NCBI RefSeq assembly: GCF_000143415.4
Contig: NW_003314262.1
Span: forward strand, 231,673 to 295,672
Origin: Selaginella moellendorffii
Taxonomy: Eukaryota > Plantae > Lycopodiophyta
Reading direction: 5' to 3'
DNA: 64,000 nt
The translations under genes and the position numbers were made by a program. This document shows positions 49,511-63,447 of the stretch, in pieces (position 1 is the first letter of the stretch; every line of letters starts with the position of its first letter). The notes under the pieces are model-generated. The model was not told the DNA's origin and ran no database searches. It saw nothing but the letters and a program-made list of their open reading frames with translations.

Positions 49511-52500
49511 AGAAGGGTCCGGAAGACCTAGTTCCTATTGGTAGACCTATTAAGGGGTCAAGATGAGATCACTAGGTGATCTTGTGGCTAAACAAGGACA
49601 AGGTCTTTGTTTGGGTTAAGGAATATGATTCCTAGTTCAAAGTGTTGATTTGAACTATTGATAAAGGTGTGGCTTGGTCAAGGTGACTAAGTGGGAAGGA
49701 CACCTAAGGGAAATGAACTACTACAATATAATGGTATTATGAGTTCAAGAAAATAGTCTCCAGAGATAAGCCCATGGGTGGGTCACAAGGTTGGGCTAGG
49801 AAGAGATCCTAGAACAGTAGGGAGACTTATTAGGGGTGAACACCCTAGTCTGGGCAAAGCAAATCCTTTGCTATGAAACCAAAAAAATACCTCAAGGAAG
49901 GAGGTAATGATCCTATGTTGCTTGGTGCAACAACCTAAGGATAGGAGCAAAAGACGAGTGCCCAAGATAGGGCTGTGGAATCCATTGGAAAGAATCCAAG
50001 TGGCAAAGTTAGCCAAGGAACACTAATGTGTTTGATGCTAACGGATTGCGGAAAAAAGAAGTGGACTTCCAAGGATGGATTCCCAAGTGCTCCAATTTGG
50101 CAAAGGAAAGGCTCCAAGTGAGGGAGCAATTAAGTAGCCAAAAGATAGGGCCATGGACAGCCCTAGCACAAATAATGATAAATGGAACGTAGTGCCAAGG
50201 GCGGCACAAAACAGAAAAGAGGATGATGGTGCCCTCAAGTAAAGAACTTCCTAGGATAGGGAAGTGGAGTTGCACAAAATGTGCAAGGCAAGATGTCGGA
50301 GACACCTAGGAAATTGACTCCAAAAAGTCAAGAGTAAACGTTCCAAAGTGCAAAGGTAGATCAATGGAATCTGTGACTACTCAAGAATGAGTAGTGGAAT
50401 TGAGTTAGAGAGGGTGTCTCTAACGGGTTTAGCGAGAACTGAACTAATAAAAAGGAGCAAACCACCACAGGTGGTCAAGTGAGCCTCTAAGTTGGAGAGA
50501 CTATCCTCCTTAAAGGATGGGCAAGGCATGGTGAGCCTTTGGTGTCGAACCATTGACGAATATGGAGAAGGCATGGTGAGCCTTCAATGTCAAACCATTG
50601 ACAAATATTGGCTAGGGGCCAAGGATGGAAATGGTAACACATGTGGGTGTTACTTTATAAAATGGTTTACCGTTTGATGAGGACATCGAACTTCGTCTAT
50701 GGGTGGTGGAGTTGTGAGACACAAAATCCCTAGGCCCCAAAGTGGAGCCGGAAGGGTGCCACGTGGTAGTGGCCGAAGCGAAAGCCAAACAAGCGTAGCA
50801 CGTTTGGACTAAAAGCTCCGACTTGAGAGGTCAAGAGCAGGAGTGGAACTCCCAACAAAGTGCTCAAGGAGCGAGCACGAAGCGAACAATAAGCAAGGCT
50901 CCAAAAAGGGACCCAAAAAGGACCAACGCATGACACGTGGAAGTGTCTGAGATGGACCCGAGGTGGAGTCCGAGATGGACCCGAGATGGAGTCCGAGATG
51001 GACCCGAGATGGAGTCCGAGATGAAGTCTGAGGTGGACCGAGATGGAGTCCAAGGTGGACCCGAGATGGAGTCCAAGATGGACCGAGATGGAGTCCGAGA
51101 TGGAGTCTGAGATGGACCGAGACGGAGTCCAAGATGGAGTCCGAGATGGAGTCCGAGGTGGACCCGAGGTGGAGTCCGAGATGGACCGAGACGGAGTCCG
51201 AGATGGAGTCCGAGATGGAGTCCGAGAAGGACCCGAGATGGAGTCCGAGGTCGAGACCGAGACCGGGACCGAGATTGAGACTGGGACCGAGACCGGGACC
51301 GAGACCGAGACCGAGACCGGGATCGAGGCCGGGACCGAGACCAAGACCGAGCCCAAGGCTGAGACCGAGCCCGAGCCCGAGTCCGAGTCCGAGTCCGAGT
51401 CCGAGTCCGAGTCTGAGTCCGAGTCCGAGTCCGAGTCCGAGTCCGAGTCCGAGTCCGAGTCCGAGTCCGAGTCCGAGTTCGAGTCTAAGAGGGTGAAAGC
51501 CCAAAGCATTCATCTCCCAGACCCTGGGGGGTTTGGTGAGCTCCAAAAGTATAGTAAGGGGGAGGATTGCAGTGGAGCCAGTTTGGCCCAGGAAGGCCAG
51601 ACCCAGTGTTGGGTGATGAACTGACCACTGGGAAGTCCAAGACTAGAGTGAATACGGACCGACAAGCGGGGTAGCTTGGTGAAGTGTTCAAGAGCCGGCT
51701 CTAGTTCCCCCGGGAGATCGACTGGCCGATGCTCCCAGTCCAAGTGTGGGTGGCATTACCTACTTGGATACCAGGCGTGGCTCAACGGAACCTCGCTCTA
51801 AGCCCATGGCTAGAGCACCTAAAGGCGATAGGTGGGGAGAGTACCCAGGTGGCTCGCGTAAGGCCACGGTGTTCTGAAATGTTGTCCCAAAAGCCCAGAC
51901 TGTGGAAAGGAAGAGGAGCAGTCCTCTGGGGTAGTGACCAAGGACACAGTCGTGTGGTGAGGAAGTCCCAGAGGACCGTGGGACTTAGTGGTCGGGCCTG
52001 TGGGCCTCGATCCAGTGGCAGTGTTGTCAAACACGGCTAGGGGCAGAAAGGGACTTGGTAGGAACTGACAAAGGGACTTTGGGGAAGGCGACTCCCCAGG
52101 TCTGTGGGCATCCTAAGGATGCTAAGGAGTGGATCTAGGATGACTCCTCGTGGACAGATGGCCCAGTCTTGGAGAGACGGGATGGTGATGCAAGTGGTAT
52201 TGGACCACTAGTGCAGCAAAGGTGAATGGGCATGGCCTTAGTGTAACGGGCCGAGATGTCAGTGGTACCTTTGGGTGTTGGTCATGGGATCGGACACGTG
52301 GAGCACTTGGACCAAGTGCAAAGGTTGAGTGGCATGGATGCCATTCTCGGGGCTAGCAAGCCCCAAGTCCTGAATGGGACTTATGGAGGTTGTGAATGAG
52401 ACTCCTCCAAGTGGTCGGAGGTGTGGTTAAGTGACTAAAGTAGAATGGAAAAGTTAGTCGCTTACATTTGGGATCTTGGGAATAGTATAAGGGTTTCCTC

Positions 52501-53387
52501 AGAGAGCTAAGGATGTGATCCAAATGAGCATTTGACGCAGCAAACGGGCTAATGTAGTTGTGTTAAACAACTATAATTGGGATCACGGGAAAGATGCAGA
52601 CTCTAAAACAATAAAGGAGTCACAAGATTACCCTTGTATAGTTGAGGCTAGTACTCATAAATTTGAGACCAGAATTAGTGACCGTGGGAGGTCAAATACA
52701 GAAAAGGACACGAGTCTTTGAAATGGTAGTCGGGGCTACCTCTAATAAATGCTGGAACAACCCCAAGAGTTGGGGGTGTACTTAAAGATGAGTTGCTATT
52801 CTCATCATATGGACAAGTAGTCATAAGGGGCAAAGGTTAACCCCAAGAAAATCATTAAGTGTCGGAGTAACAAAAAAAATTGTCCTTGTAAGTAGGACAT
52901 GAATACAAGAAATTGTATTCCAGCAAGTTGGCACCTCAAAGACTAAGACTTCGCAGGTTGTTAGATTAGTAAAGTCCAAAATGCTAGATGACTCAATTGG
53001 AGTCAGGGAGTGGTCCTAAGGGATTGGTTGAAGCATTTGGATTGAGGTGTATAGTGCCCCATGAGGTATGGGGAGGATCATAAGATCCAAGTATGAGAAC
53101 AGTAAGTATCTCATTAATGGCAGAATGTGCCATACTAAAGTTGTGGGAAAGATGTTCCCAGAAGAAAACAACTTTAGCCCAGAGTTGGGTGCAAATGCTA
53201 TGGTGCGGTGCTAACAGATAGTTAGCATGAGGAACAACTATATTGGTCTTGGCAAAGACCTAGACACTAATAAGAAGTGTCATAAAGATAGGCTCACAGG
53301 GCCGATGTAGAGACACCAAACATGTCAAGGTGTGATACCTTGAGGTTATGTTGGTAGGTTTATAAGAACCCCTTGCCAAGGGAATCC

Positions 53388-54514
53388 TGTAAGCCACAAA
53401 TTTTTCCTTTCCAATTTGCCAGCTTACCTCGTCTATCTGACCAACTTTGCTTTGGCTTGTGATAAATTCCCTCGCCAAGGTTCTCGCCTATTGTACCAGC
53501 TCCTACTTGGTCCTACTTGATTTCAGCTACTCACTACATGAGCAACGAAGTGTTAGCCATCCATCTACGGATTCCCAAATCTCTCCCAATCCCCCTCCCC
53601 AGGTTAGACTAGACTTAAGATTCAGCTACACTCCCCGCAGGCACAAGCAGCCAAGCACACCAAGCCTCCAGATTCCTAACACCCCTTGGTACCACAAGAC
53701 TTGATCATGGGACCCTCTAAATCCCAAGCCTTGGGTGCAGCACTTGCTTGGGGACGTCAGGGCGAAACACCGTGTCCTAACGGCCCAGTATGGGTACCTT
53801 TACCCCCCCACTTCCATCCCGAAGGGAAGGCCCAAGCCCCTAGGAAGGGCGAGGACCAATGAGGCACAAGGTACTCAAGTGGGGCACCACTCCACATGAG
53901 CCGGGAGCACCGCAGTCGGTTTCCCTTTCGGGAGTGGGAGCTGCTCTTGAGCACTTCCCTGGGTGGCCCCTCCGGCACCACCCAAGCCCATGCTCACTCC
54001 CACCCAAGGCCCCTCGGCCCCAGTCTCAACCTCAAGTCGGTTTGGAAGCCCCACTGGAGAGTTCCTTCAAGCTTCAAGACTGGTTCCTAGACCTCACTAT
54101 CCCTACTATACTTTTGGAACCCCCTACAGCCCCCCCCCCTGGGAGACACACGCTTTGGGCTTTCACCCCTTGAGCTGTATTAGTATGTGGACTTAGTCTC
54201 AGAATCGATCTCGGACTTGATCTCGGTCCCGACTTCGGACTCGGTCTTGGACTCGATCTCGGACCCAATCTCGGACTCGACCTCAGACTCGGTCTCGGAC
54301 CTGATTTGGATCTCAGACTCCGTCTCGAACTCAGTCTCGATCTCGGTCTCCGATTCGGCCTCGGCTCGATCCCGGACTCTATCTCGAACTCGGTCTCAAA
54401 GTCGGTCTTGGACTCAATCTTCGACTCAGTCCCATCCGATGAACTCTTTGTCATTTCGGTCAAGCTTTCGGGGATCCTTTAGCCTATGACATCTCAGGGA
54501 GTCGGTTCCTTACA
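53388..54514 (-). mobile_element. Solo LTR of family B (B3) inside A2
   Basis: TG..CA ends, perfect TSD AATCC, homologous to the B1 and B2 LTRs. Confidence 0.93.
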
Positions 54515-56894
54515 AATCCTAATTGAAATGGGAATGGCATAGCCTAAGCTGGAAGGCATGTGATAGAGTGTGGTGACCAAAACAATAATGGAGGTGTGGA
54601 AGCATCAACAATGAGTTGTAGGACTTGACAACTATGAGGCAACTAAGCAAAAGGTGCAAGATAATTGGTTAAACAGGTAGAAGATGGCTACCCAAGACTT
54701 CTTAATGGAATAAGGAAGTTAAATATACCCTTACTGGGGATAAATTGCTTATGTTGTGATATAGTGAGTCAATGTTGTAAAAGGAAATGCTCATTGTCAA
54801 GGAGACCATCATTGGGACACCTAAACACTCTGAAACACTAGGAGGTGGTGTTTAGTGTCGCAAAGGCAATAGATAAGGCCCAAGGGACTAAGTCCCTAGC
54901 GAATGATGAATAGAAGGTGCTATCCAAATGTCTAAGGTTGCAGAGACGGGAGAAGATTGTCTACCCAAATTAGACAAAGCCAAAAATGGAATTTTAGCAA
55001 AGCTAGTGAAGGCCCATGAGCAGCAACATTAATCCCGGCATGTGGGATTATAAAGTGAGCATACCTGAATTGAGGAACCACTCCCTAGGCTATCAGGTAG
55101 GTTCATCCCTAAGAATACTTGCTAAGGCATGATAGAAAGTGCAAAGTTATCCTCCTAGTCTAGAGGAGAATGACTGAAGGAAAGGTGTGAAGTTAAAAAG
55201 CAAGTAGTAAGGGGATAGAACCGAACCATAGGAATTGAAGGGTATAACCAAGGCTGGTTATGCCAGCTAGGAGTGGAGAATCAAGTGGGGGCTCGAGGGT
55301 GTTGTTGCTAGCAACCGTAATGTCATAGAGAGTCTAAAATATGGAATTGTCCATGTTAGACTATATGGCAACTAGAAAGCTTGCGAAAAAGGAGGCCTTA
55401 GCAAGCTAAGGGACAGAGTTCCTTCAAAGTTCCCAAAGACAATTCTAGGTAGCTTAGTACCTAGAAAGCCAAGTGTAAATGGTTCCTAGAACGCGTGAAA
55501 TTAGAGTGGCGCAGCAGAAGCGTGGTCTTGAAGCTGGCCATGAGGCGAAGCTATCAAGGTTGGGGAAGTGGTTCCCGAGTGTTCAAAGAGAGGGCTTTGA
55601 ACGAAAGTCAATGGTTAAGGACTTTCACGCTTATGCATGAACCATGTTACGGTGGCCAGATGACTTGCTAAGTGAGATTGGCAAGTCAAGGGGACAAATC
55701 CCCTAGTTGAAGGTGCTAACTTCAAAAGGGGTGGCCCATGGGGCCGAGCATGGAGGAGTCCATGCATGATCACAAACTTGTTAAGTAAGAGGGACTTAGC
55801 AGTGCGGAGGAACTAGGTTCCTAAGCTGTAATCTATAGCGCACTTTAACTATAAGTTGGTGCACTAATGTGAGGAGTCACGCTAGGCATCTTGGATGATG
55901 CCTTCCGTAGATGCATATACGAAAGTTGGGTTCGAGTCCCGACCCTTTAGTGCTTGGGTTCGAGTCCCAAATCACTAGTGCGTAATGATGGTTTAGAATA
56001 TGAGGACACTTATATTTCGGTGGTCATGGACTCTTAATGAGGAGATTGGCTTGGGCATACCGCCAAGCAGGGGATGCTCCGGAGTCGTGATGCATAGTTA
56101 GATTGCTTAGAGTGAAAGCTCGGCATATCTAACTTGAACACTTTGGTGCAAAGGGCACCAAGGATGTAGTAAATGAGATGGGGACACCCAAGTCTCAATT
56201 GCTATGGATCCTTGGCCGGAAGGGGTAACTTGGGCGCACCGCTAAGTGTGGGGGATGGATTTGTGAAATCTAGATCTCCAACAAAGTCAGCATCAACATA
56301 TCTACTAAAGTGTTCCCAACTTGGATTGGGAGACAATGCCCATAGCAAGCACTATGTATGGATGTGTATAAACCATCAAGTATAGTACGTTGCTAATAGC
56401 TTGTCAATACAGAACAATAATTATCTTAGAATAGTTCTTTGGTGGGGACGTGGACAAATCTTCTCTGCCAAGACGGAATCAATCAAGCACTACATGATCA
56501 AGTGTTTTTTTATTACAGTTAATGCTAACGTATTGTTTGGCAATTGGAAGCGCCAAAATGTGATTCAAACGAAAAGAACACGATTTCTCGACTCTCACTC
56601 TCTCTCTCTCTCAACTCTCTCGACTCTCTCTACAAACGAAGTGTGGTGCCCATGTTCTCCTTGGTCTTGCCAGCGTTGTTTCCACCAGGATGGCCAGCCT
56701 CTAGGCAGCCGAAGCAGCCAGCCCTCGAACACGGCTCACCAGGATTGTCCCTGGAGGACTGAGTGAAAGCTCCAGGTCCAGCTCCGGACTGTGAGCTAGT
56801 GTCCCTGGAGGACACAGCAAAAGCTCCAGCTCCGGGCTGGGGACGCTTTCAGCTGCCGGATCCCGTGGTCCATCCTGTGCTGCCGTCGTCAAAG

Positions 56895-57125
56895 CATCCC
56901 ACCCGCCCATCGCCGGGGCACCGTCGCCTCAGGGAAAGCTGGCCGCTTCATCCCGCCCGCCCATCGCCGTGGCACCGCCGCCTCGCAGAGAGCTGGCCGC
57001 TTCCTCCCGATTTGTCGCCACCTCGCGGAAAGCTGGCTGCTTCCTCCTGATTCATCGGCGTGGCCCGCCCACCCATCGCCGTGGCACCGCCGCCTTGCAG
57101 AAAGCTGGCTGCTTCCTCCCAATTC
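56895..57125 (+). repeat. GC-rich ~50-bp tandem repeat, about 4 copies
   Basis: Unit cccgcccatcgccgtggcaccgccgcctcgcagaaagctggccgcttc. Confidence 0.75.
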
Positions 57126-57149
57126 GCCGCATCACGCCCACCCGTCGCC

Positions 57150-57351
57150 CTCCTCCAATGCCGCTTCCAGTGGCGCCACCAGCTCCGCCTCCTCCAGCTG
57201 TCCAAGCGTTGCACGCGGCGGGTGAGCAAGCACGAGGTGATCCCACAGCGATGGCCGCGTGCGATGCGGTGAGCGATCGGGACGGCTTTCCACGAGACGG
57301 CAGTGCCAGGAGCACCAGCTGGTGGAGCCACTGGAAGCGGCATTGGAGGAG
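57150..57351. repeat. 35-bp inverted repeat with 1 mismatch (57150-57184 / 57317-57351)
   Basis: ctcctccaatgccgcttccagtggcgccaccagct vs agctggtggagccactggaagcggcattggaggag. Confidence 0.9.
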
Positions 57352-57907
57352 GAGCGCCAGCTGGTGGAAAAGCAGGAACAAGGGAGTGTGTCCTGGGATT
57401 GAACACATACTCAACAGTTTTCCTTGTGAGCGCCCATTTGGCAGGTTCATGAGCGAGGAGGATCCTGAGCGCTCCTCGCGTGGTCGTGTATGCCAATCCA
57501 GGGCGATGAGGTGAGTGTGGTCTTCCTACCAAGATAGGCTTGAAGGAGCTTGCTTACTCCATTGTTTGCAGTCACAGGGCGATAGCCTCGTTTCAAGCAG
57601 AATGATAAGGGGAAGCCCGTCTGGGCTTCACTCGACGAGGACACTCCCGTGGGAGATCGCCGAGTGGTTAAACCAGAATCATCGCGTGGAGTTTGAGTCT
57701 TGCCAGCCGAGTACATCCAGAAGTTCTACTATATTGTGATGAAGAAGAAGAAGAAGAAGAAGCAACGGCAGGAGCTCGCTGTGAGTAGTTTTTGTTTCCA
57801 ATTTTTATTCTTCTTTTGCTTCATCAAGGCTGAAGAGAGAAGTGAAAACTCTGGAAAACGTAGAACAGATGCCGACCCTTCTTACTCAGAAGAAACACCA
57901 AAGGTGT

Positions 57908-57908
<1 letters not shown>

Positions 57909-57939
<31 letters not shown>
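57909..57939 (+). repeat. (CT)n microsatellite
   Basis: Directly visible. Confidence 0.9.
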
Positions 57940-57942
<3 letters not shown>

Positions 57943-60900
57943 CTTGCGTGTTTCTGACTTCTTAGGTGGTTGTAGAACGAAGCATGCCAGGAGTAGCCGC
58001 ATGGAGCAGTCCAAACCCGTATCGGACACTACTGGTGGGGAGCTCATCTTTCCTGTGTTGAATGGTTGATAGCCTTGTGCTTTCAGGAATCCTGGCGTTG
58101 ACGACGAAGACAATCATCTCTGGACAATAAGAAGTCATGAAAAGGAGATACGAGCTGTATGTGACACTGTTTATGGGCTTGGTATTGACAGCTTTTGTGT
58201 AAACTTGCAGGCTTTGTCAGCTACAAGTGAAGCTACGGGATCTCGGGGGACTAACGTCAAGTCTCAAGCTTACGAAGAGGTGAAAGCAAGTCCCGGAGAG
58301 CAAGTGCTTCCTCAGACTCGGTGACGAACGAGACACCCATGCCTCCGCAGGTACTTAGGATGACTAATGCCCAATTTCTTTTATCCTTTTTGACCTGTTA
58401 GTGTAACAGATGAGTATGCAAAGTTGCAAAGGATCCAGCACGCTCAAGCTCGGCGTTCACAGATTGTCGGTTGCAACGCTGTAAGCCGTTTTCTATCAAG
58501 GCTGTGGTCCTCGCTAATGTGAAATGCAGGCACCTAAGGAGCTCCTTATTTGGGGGTTTTCTGGGAATCTGACGCTTTCTTCTTTAGCGATGGATGTGAT
58601 CCTTTCTTGTCTTTCTTGCTTTTGGTGCATCGATTTCAGGAGTATGCTTCACAGGTGGGTCTCTAGTTGTTTCATGTGCTGAAAGCACTGTGAAGGTCGT
58701 ATCTTACTACGTTTTGTCTTGTATATATTGACTTTTTTAATTTTTTTTTCAAATTCAGGTATGAAATTCATCAACTGCTGAGTGCCTCTACACTCTGGGG
58801 CCTGGTTCTGACGAAAACAACGTGGCTGGTCATAAGAAAGAAAACCTCTGCACTGGCTGCTAATCCGTCTCAAACCTGTAACGTTTGCTGTTCGTGACGC
58901 ACTTGGATCTTGCTTTACTGGGCTGGTTTTGGTTGTTTGCAGGCCTTGTGGCAACAAGTAGTGGTCAAGGCAATCGACAACTGCTTTTGTAGAGGAACGC
59001 TTGTACCAGAATTAATCTCACAGAACAGGTATGTGAGCTAACTATACTTTTATTCAAGTAGAAAATGCTGAAAGTGTAATGGTAGTTTTTTTTCCCAGGG
59101 AAGATTTGCCCTCTGGAGTTTAACAATAACCTACTGATATGCGGAAGTTACTCGTCGCAAAATGGCTCGGGTATTGTTCAGATCTGGGACGTGGATGCAC
59201 TCCTTGAATGCTGCAGATTTCCAGCAAATGACATGATAGTCAACATTGTTTTCCACTCTTGAGAGTTTCTGATTCGTGTTTTTTTTTTTTGGACAGTCTA
59301 TAACTGATGCAGTAGGAACAATTGTTGTGACAGGTACTTAACTCAGATATATGTCTAGCCTTTGCTGATGCATTCCTTTCAACAGGCCCAGGCGATGGAA
59401 CAGTCGGCTTATTTGAATCTATATAAATATTTTTTGTACATATGACTCCTTTTCTAATATTATAGTAACAATTAACTTCTTAAACTCAAATAAAACTTTA
59501 CATTGTTTGTACTTGTTTTCCCAGTGGCTTAGATCCCTACTAGCCTGTATAATAATGGCATATGCTAGGGACACATATTTTCATTCCTAAATTTTAATGG
59601 CTAAGATTAAATATTAGAATTTGGGATCATAAAATAAATTGAAAAGGTTGGGAGGAAGTGTAACACAAGAGAGCATTCAATGTGTGCGTGTGTGTGGTGC
59701 CATTTTTACCTATGGTTTATTATATGGAGCACCATTTCATTATTTTATATTCTAGCTTTCTCACAAACCCAAGGAGAGCCTCTTCTCACAATAGTTCACT
59801 TTTATTTATTGATAATTTACCTCAATCACAATGTACTTCTGGAATTTTGTGAAAGACTGAAGGTTTGGAAATTTGCCAATAACAACAAGTAACTTTTCAA
59901 ATTTTGTGTTCTTTTGAGTGATTTGTTTTTTTCTCTTCTTTTGTCATGCCACTTAGCCCATGAAGTAGGGAGTTTCAAGTTGTTTGTGGCATTTTATAAT
60001 TGCTCAACAAAAACTCAAAATGTTCCACCTCCTTACACCACCAGCTTCTAGAAGGTGGTGTAAAGTTTGTAAATACATTTATGTATACTATTTATGTTAA
60101 TTAGCATTTCCTAAATAAACTAGCAACAACAGCTCTAGCTAACTAACTTGATGCTATGGAGAGAAACATTAGGAAAGGGATCAGGAGCCCATCAAATGCC
60201 TTCAGTCCAAGGACACCCATCAGTGAGTGCTCAATGTTAAACTTTCTTTGCTGCCTCTGACCTTGTGCTTTCAAGGTCCAAGTCAGGAGTCTCCTAATGA
60301 ACTCATCATGTTTTTTATTGACTCTCTTGCAGGTTTGCGCCAGCTTGATCAGATGCTTGAACACTATCAAACCTTGGCACTGCTAGACGGACTGCATAAA
60401 TTTATAACATTCTAGGACAAAGAAAAATTAAAGTCACACGTCCTTTAAATTCAACACAGCATCAAGAGCAAGGGGTCCGATCTTAGGGGCATCGATGAGG
60501 ATCAAACACGGGGAGAAGTCCTCTATAGGATGCATTACTGGTGAATGCTCATCTGAATGCACTGGTCTAACATTGAAGTGCAAAGAAGATTTAAATCCCG
60601 ATAGGGGATAGCTGCAAATTTCAGCAAAATGGTATGTCTCGAAGTGTAAGAAAAATACTTTCTTGATAAGCCCGGAAGAGAAAAGAGCTTCTAAGACTTG
60701 AACCAACGAAACCGTTGCTCTGTCCAGTTGGTCTGGATTCGATAAATCCAACCTTAAGTTCTTCCTCGCCCAGGTAAACATGCTCGGCCCTGCTGCCCAA
60801 TTCCAAATGGGAAATACGAAACTTCAGAAAGACATGGAAAGACCACAAGCGTTGGCGGACTGAAGCCAGCAGCCAGTGAAAATCCAGCCAGTGTAAAGTT

Positions 60901-61238
60901 TGTCCGTCCTCCACCGAAGACTGAATAGAGGAAATGCTATATTTTACGCTTAAAGTTCTGGAAAGAAATAAAGGAAGAAATTTGCCATTGACCGTTTGCG
61001 CTTGTTGGCTTTCACGCAGAGTTTCCTGCGCAATGCCCTTCACGACATGAATCCAATCACTCTCAGCAGCTAGAAAGTTCCATGTTCGTTTCCACAGTCC
61101 CAGATATCTCTGCCTTAGCTACAAACCGGTCCATATGAGCGAAGTTCCACTTTGCCAGCTCAAATCTCTTCCGATGCGTTAGCCTGGCTTTGAAAGAAAT
61201 CTCAATTGCAAGGAAGCTTCTCTAGCAAAAGCAAAAGC

Positions 61239-63447
61239 TCAAATCCTGGAAGCGCTGCCGAGGCCGTGGAAAACTTCGATCCTCGGTATACTTTCTGCGC
61301 CTGAACGCCTGCGGACAATTGTGGGCAGATCTTCACCGGAATAATTTGCGGCATTTTTGAAAGCACCGAAGTGGTGTTCATGCTGCACGTAGGCACGAGC
61401 AAGCATGCAAATCCAAATGTTGCCAGTGACACCCAGCAACTCTTGCATCCTGGCCCAGAGTTGCTGCCTCTCCTCGTCATACTCCACTCCACCAGCCGAG
61501 ACGACTGCCTCTCTTATGGCATGACCTATCTCATCCGAGCTCGCTCCCAAGTCCCTCTGCGTGCTTGGAGACTGGATCCACGCCGCAAACGCCTCACAGA
61601 TTCCTCTGGTGGAGTTGCTAATCGCAACAAAAACCCCTTTCCCACCGCGCGACACGCGCTGCCCCCCCCACCTGGTATGCAGCAGTGACTCGCCTGTGAC
61701 GATCCAAGCAAAAAGGATCACGATTGAGCAAAGAGAAAGGCACTCTGCATAGACTCACAGTCTCGTTTCCACGTCTCACGGTCAACGCTGCCGCCCAAGC
61801 AGTCCTCGAGGATCAGCTGCAGCAGCAAACTCGTAAGCGATGGATGGAATCATTGACATGATCATGAAGAGCTTACGTAAGCTATGTAGAGGATCATGTC
61901 GGAAATCCCAGGTCTCCATGTGGCCTCGTTGCGGCTGTCATCGTCGAAACGGTGCCTTCGAAGCGTGTTTTCGGAGCTCGCAGTCCGGAAGAGTCCGTCC
62001 CAGGCTGCCTGCTTGATCGCCCCGAATTCTTCTAGAGAGCACGCGGTCAGGCATGGATCCCACTGCACGTTGGCGCAAATCTCCACGAAAAGGCTACCGT
62101 AGTCATTGCCAAAGACGGTGGCAGCCGCGTCGCAAAGCTGGCGGCACTCGTCGCTGCTTCCCCGGCTCATCGTAACCTGGATGTGCTCCACAATCGACTC
62201 CGATGATGTCGCTGCCGAGCACAGGGATTTGAGCTCGGCGTGGTCGCGGCGTCCCTTCCTCGTCCGCATCCATGTAGAGATCAGGCGCGCTATCGGCACG
62301 CTCACGTCTGCGTACTCCTGGAAGAGCGGCTCCACGCGGTGGAAGTTGTAGTGGCCTTGGATCCACTGCTCGAGCCGGGCACGCATCTGGTTGTCCCATT
62401 GGATTTCTCCCGCTGCCATCACCTCCTGCCACACAAAAGCTTGAACGCTCTCTCAAATCAAAACGGTGTCAATCATCATACCTCCAACATCTGGCGTAGA
62501 GCGACGGTGATGTCCATGGACTTCCACTCTATCCTGGGCGCGTTCTCGATGCAGGAACGTATCCGTTTGAGCTCGTCCAAGGATGCCGGGGAGGACTTTT
62601 CATCCTTCAGCGCTGCTTGTTTGCTCAGGAACAGCAGCAAGAGATTTTCCAGCGGTCCAGCTCCGCCACCGCCACGGTCACCTGCTATAGCTTGTGCTTC
62701 GAATGCGTCCAGCCATTCCAGCGGCTGTTTGTTGCTCTGGAGCTGGAGCAACAGCCAGGTGAAGACGACGTCGCAAACCTCGCCGCTCGCATCGAACAGG
62801 AGAGCGGCGTCAGCAACGCAAGTGGGCGAGAGAGTGCAAGGAAACAATATCGACACGATGGCTGTGGAAAAGGAACCAAGCTCTCAGCTTGAGAGGAATC
62901 CAAAGAAGAAGTACGTATAGCTAGCTACCTGACACATGTTCATCTGTGATGACCAATGGGAACGACGATGGCGTCCGATCAGTGGCCTCCTCGAGCTGCA
63001 AAAAAGGAAAAACCATAACTTTGCTACACGATCCAAACAAGCACTCACAAGGTGGAGTTCGATCAGGGCGTACGTGCAGCGGCCTGTGCAGCACTCGGGG
63101 CGGGGATGAGGATTTCGAGATTGCTCTTGATGTGGGCTATGGCGCGTGAAGTAGTCGGCCGCGATGAAGAGGTGCAAGAAGCCATCTGGCACGGTAGCGC
63201 CAAGGACGCGTGCGACGGCCACGGTCCAGATCTTCCACTTGAGCTCCGAGACAGTGGAAGTGCCGGTGGAGTTGGGCAGGACTTCAAAGAACCACGCACC
63301 CGGGGGATGATCCAGCTCCAGCCCAAAGTGAGAGAACGTTGCCCTCACAACCATCAGCAGTCTGGAGCCTATGCCGCTGCGGAACCATTCGGCCACGCGA
63401 TCGCCAACGCATGGCATCCACCCCACCACTGGAATCAGTCCTTCCAT
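61239..63447 (-). CDS. Uncharacterised multi-exon protein; exons 63447-63049, 62995-62929, 62861-62482, 62425-61877, 61816-61759, 61693-61239; may extend both ways
   Basis: Five short GT-AG introns join six exons in a consistent phase; no family motif recognised. Confidence 0.6.

Larger units (their letters stand above)
44909..52466 (+). mobile_element. Element A3: complete family A copy nested in A2 (LTRs 44909-46612 and 50713-52466)
   Basis: Perfect TSD TTTGG; PBS TGGTATCAGAGC at 46616-46627; PPT at 50698-50712. Confidence 0.93.
42936..56257 (+). mobile_element. Element A2: older family A copy (5' LTR 42936-44704, PBS 44708-44719), 3'-truncated; hosts A3 and a solo LTR
   Basis: LTR homology; the interior resumes at 52467 after A3 and at 54515 after B3; homology ends at ~56257. 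Confidence 0.88.

Noticed and set aside
60033-60063. 10-bp-stem hairpin as a Helitron 3' end
   Set aside because: No CTRR terminus at the expected distance on either side.
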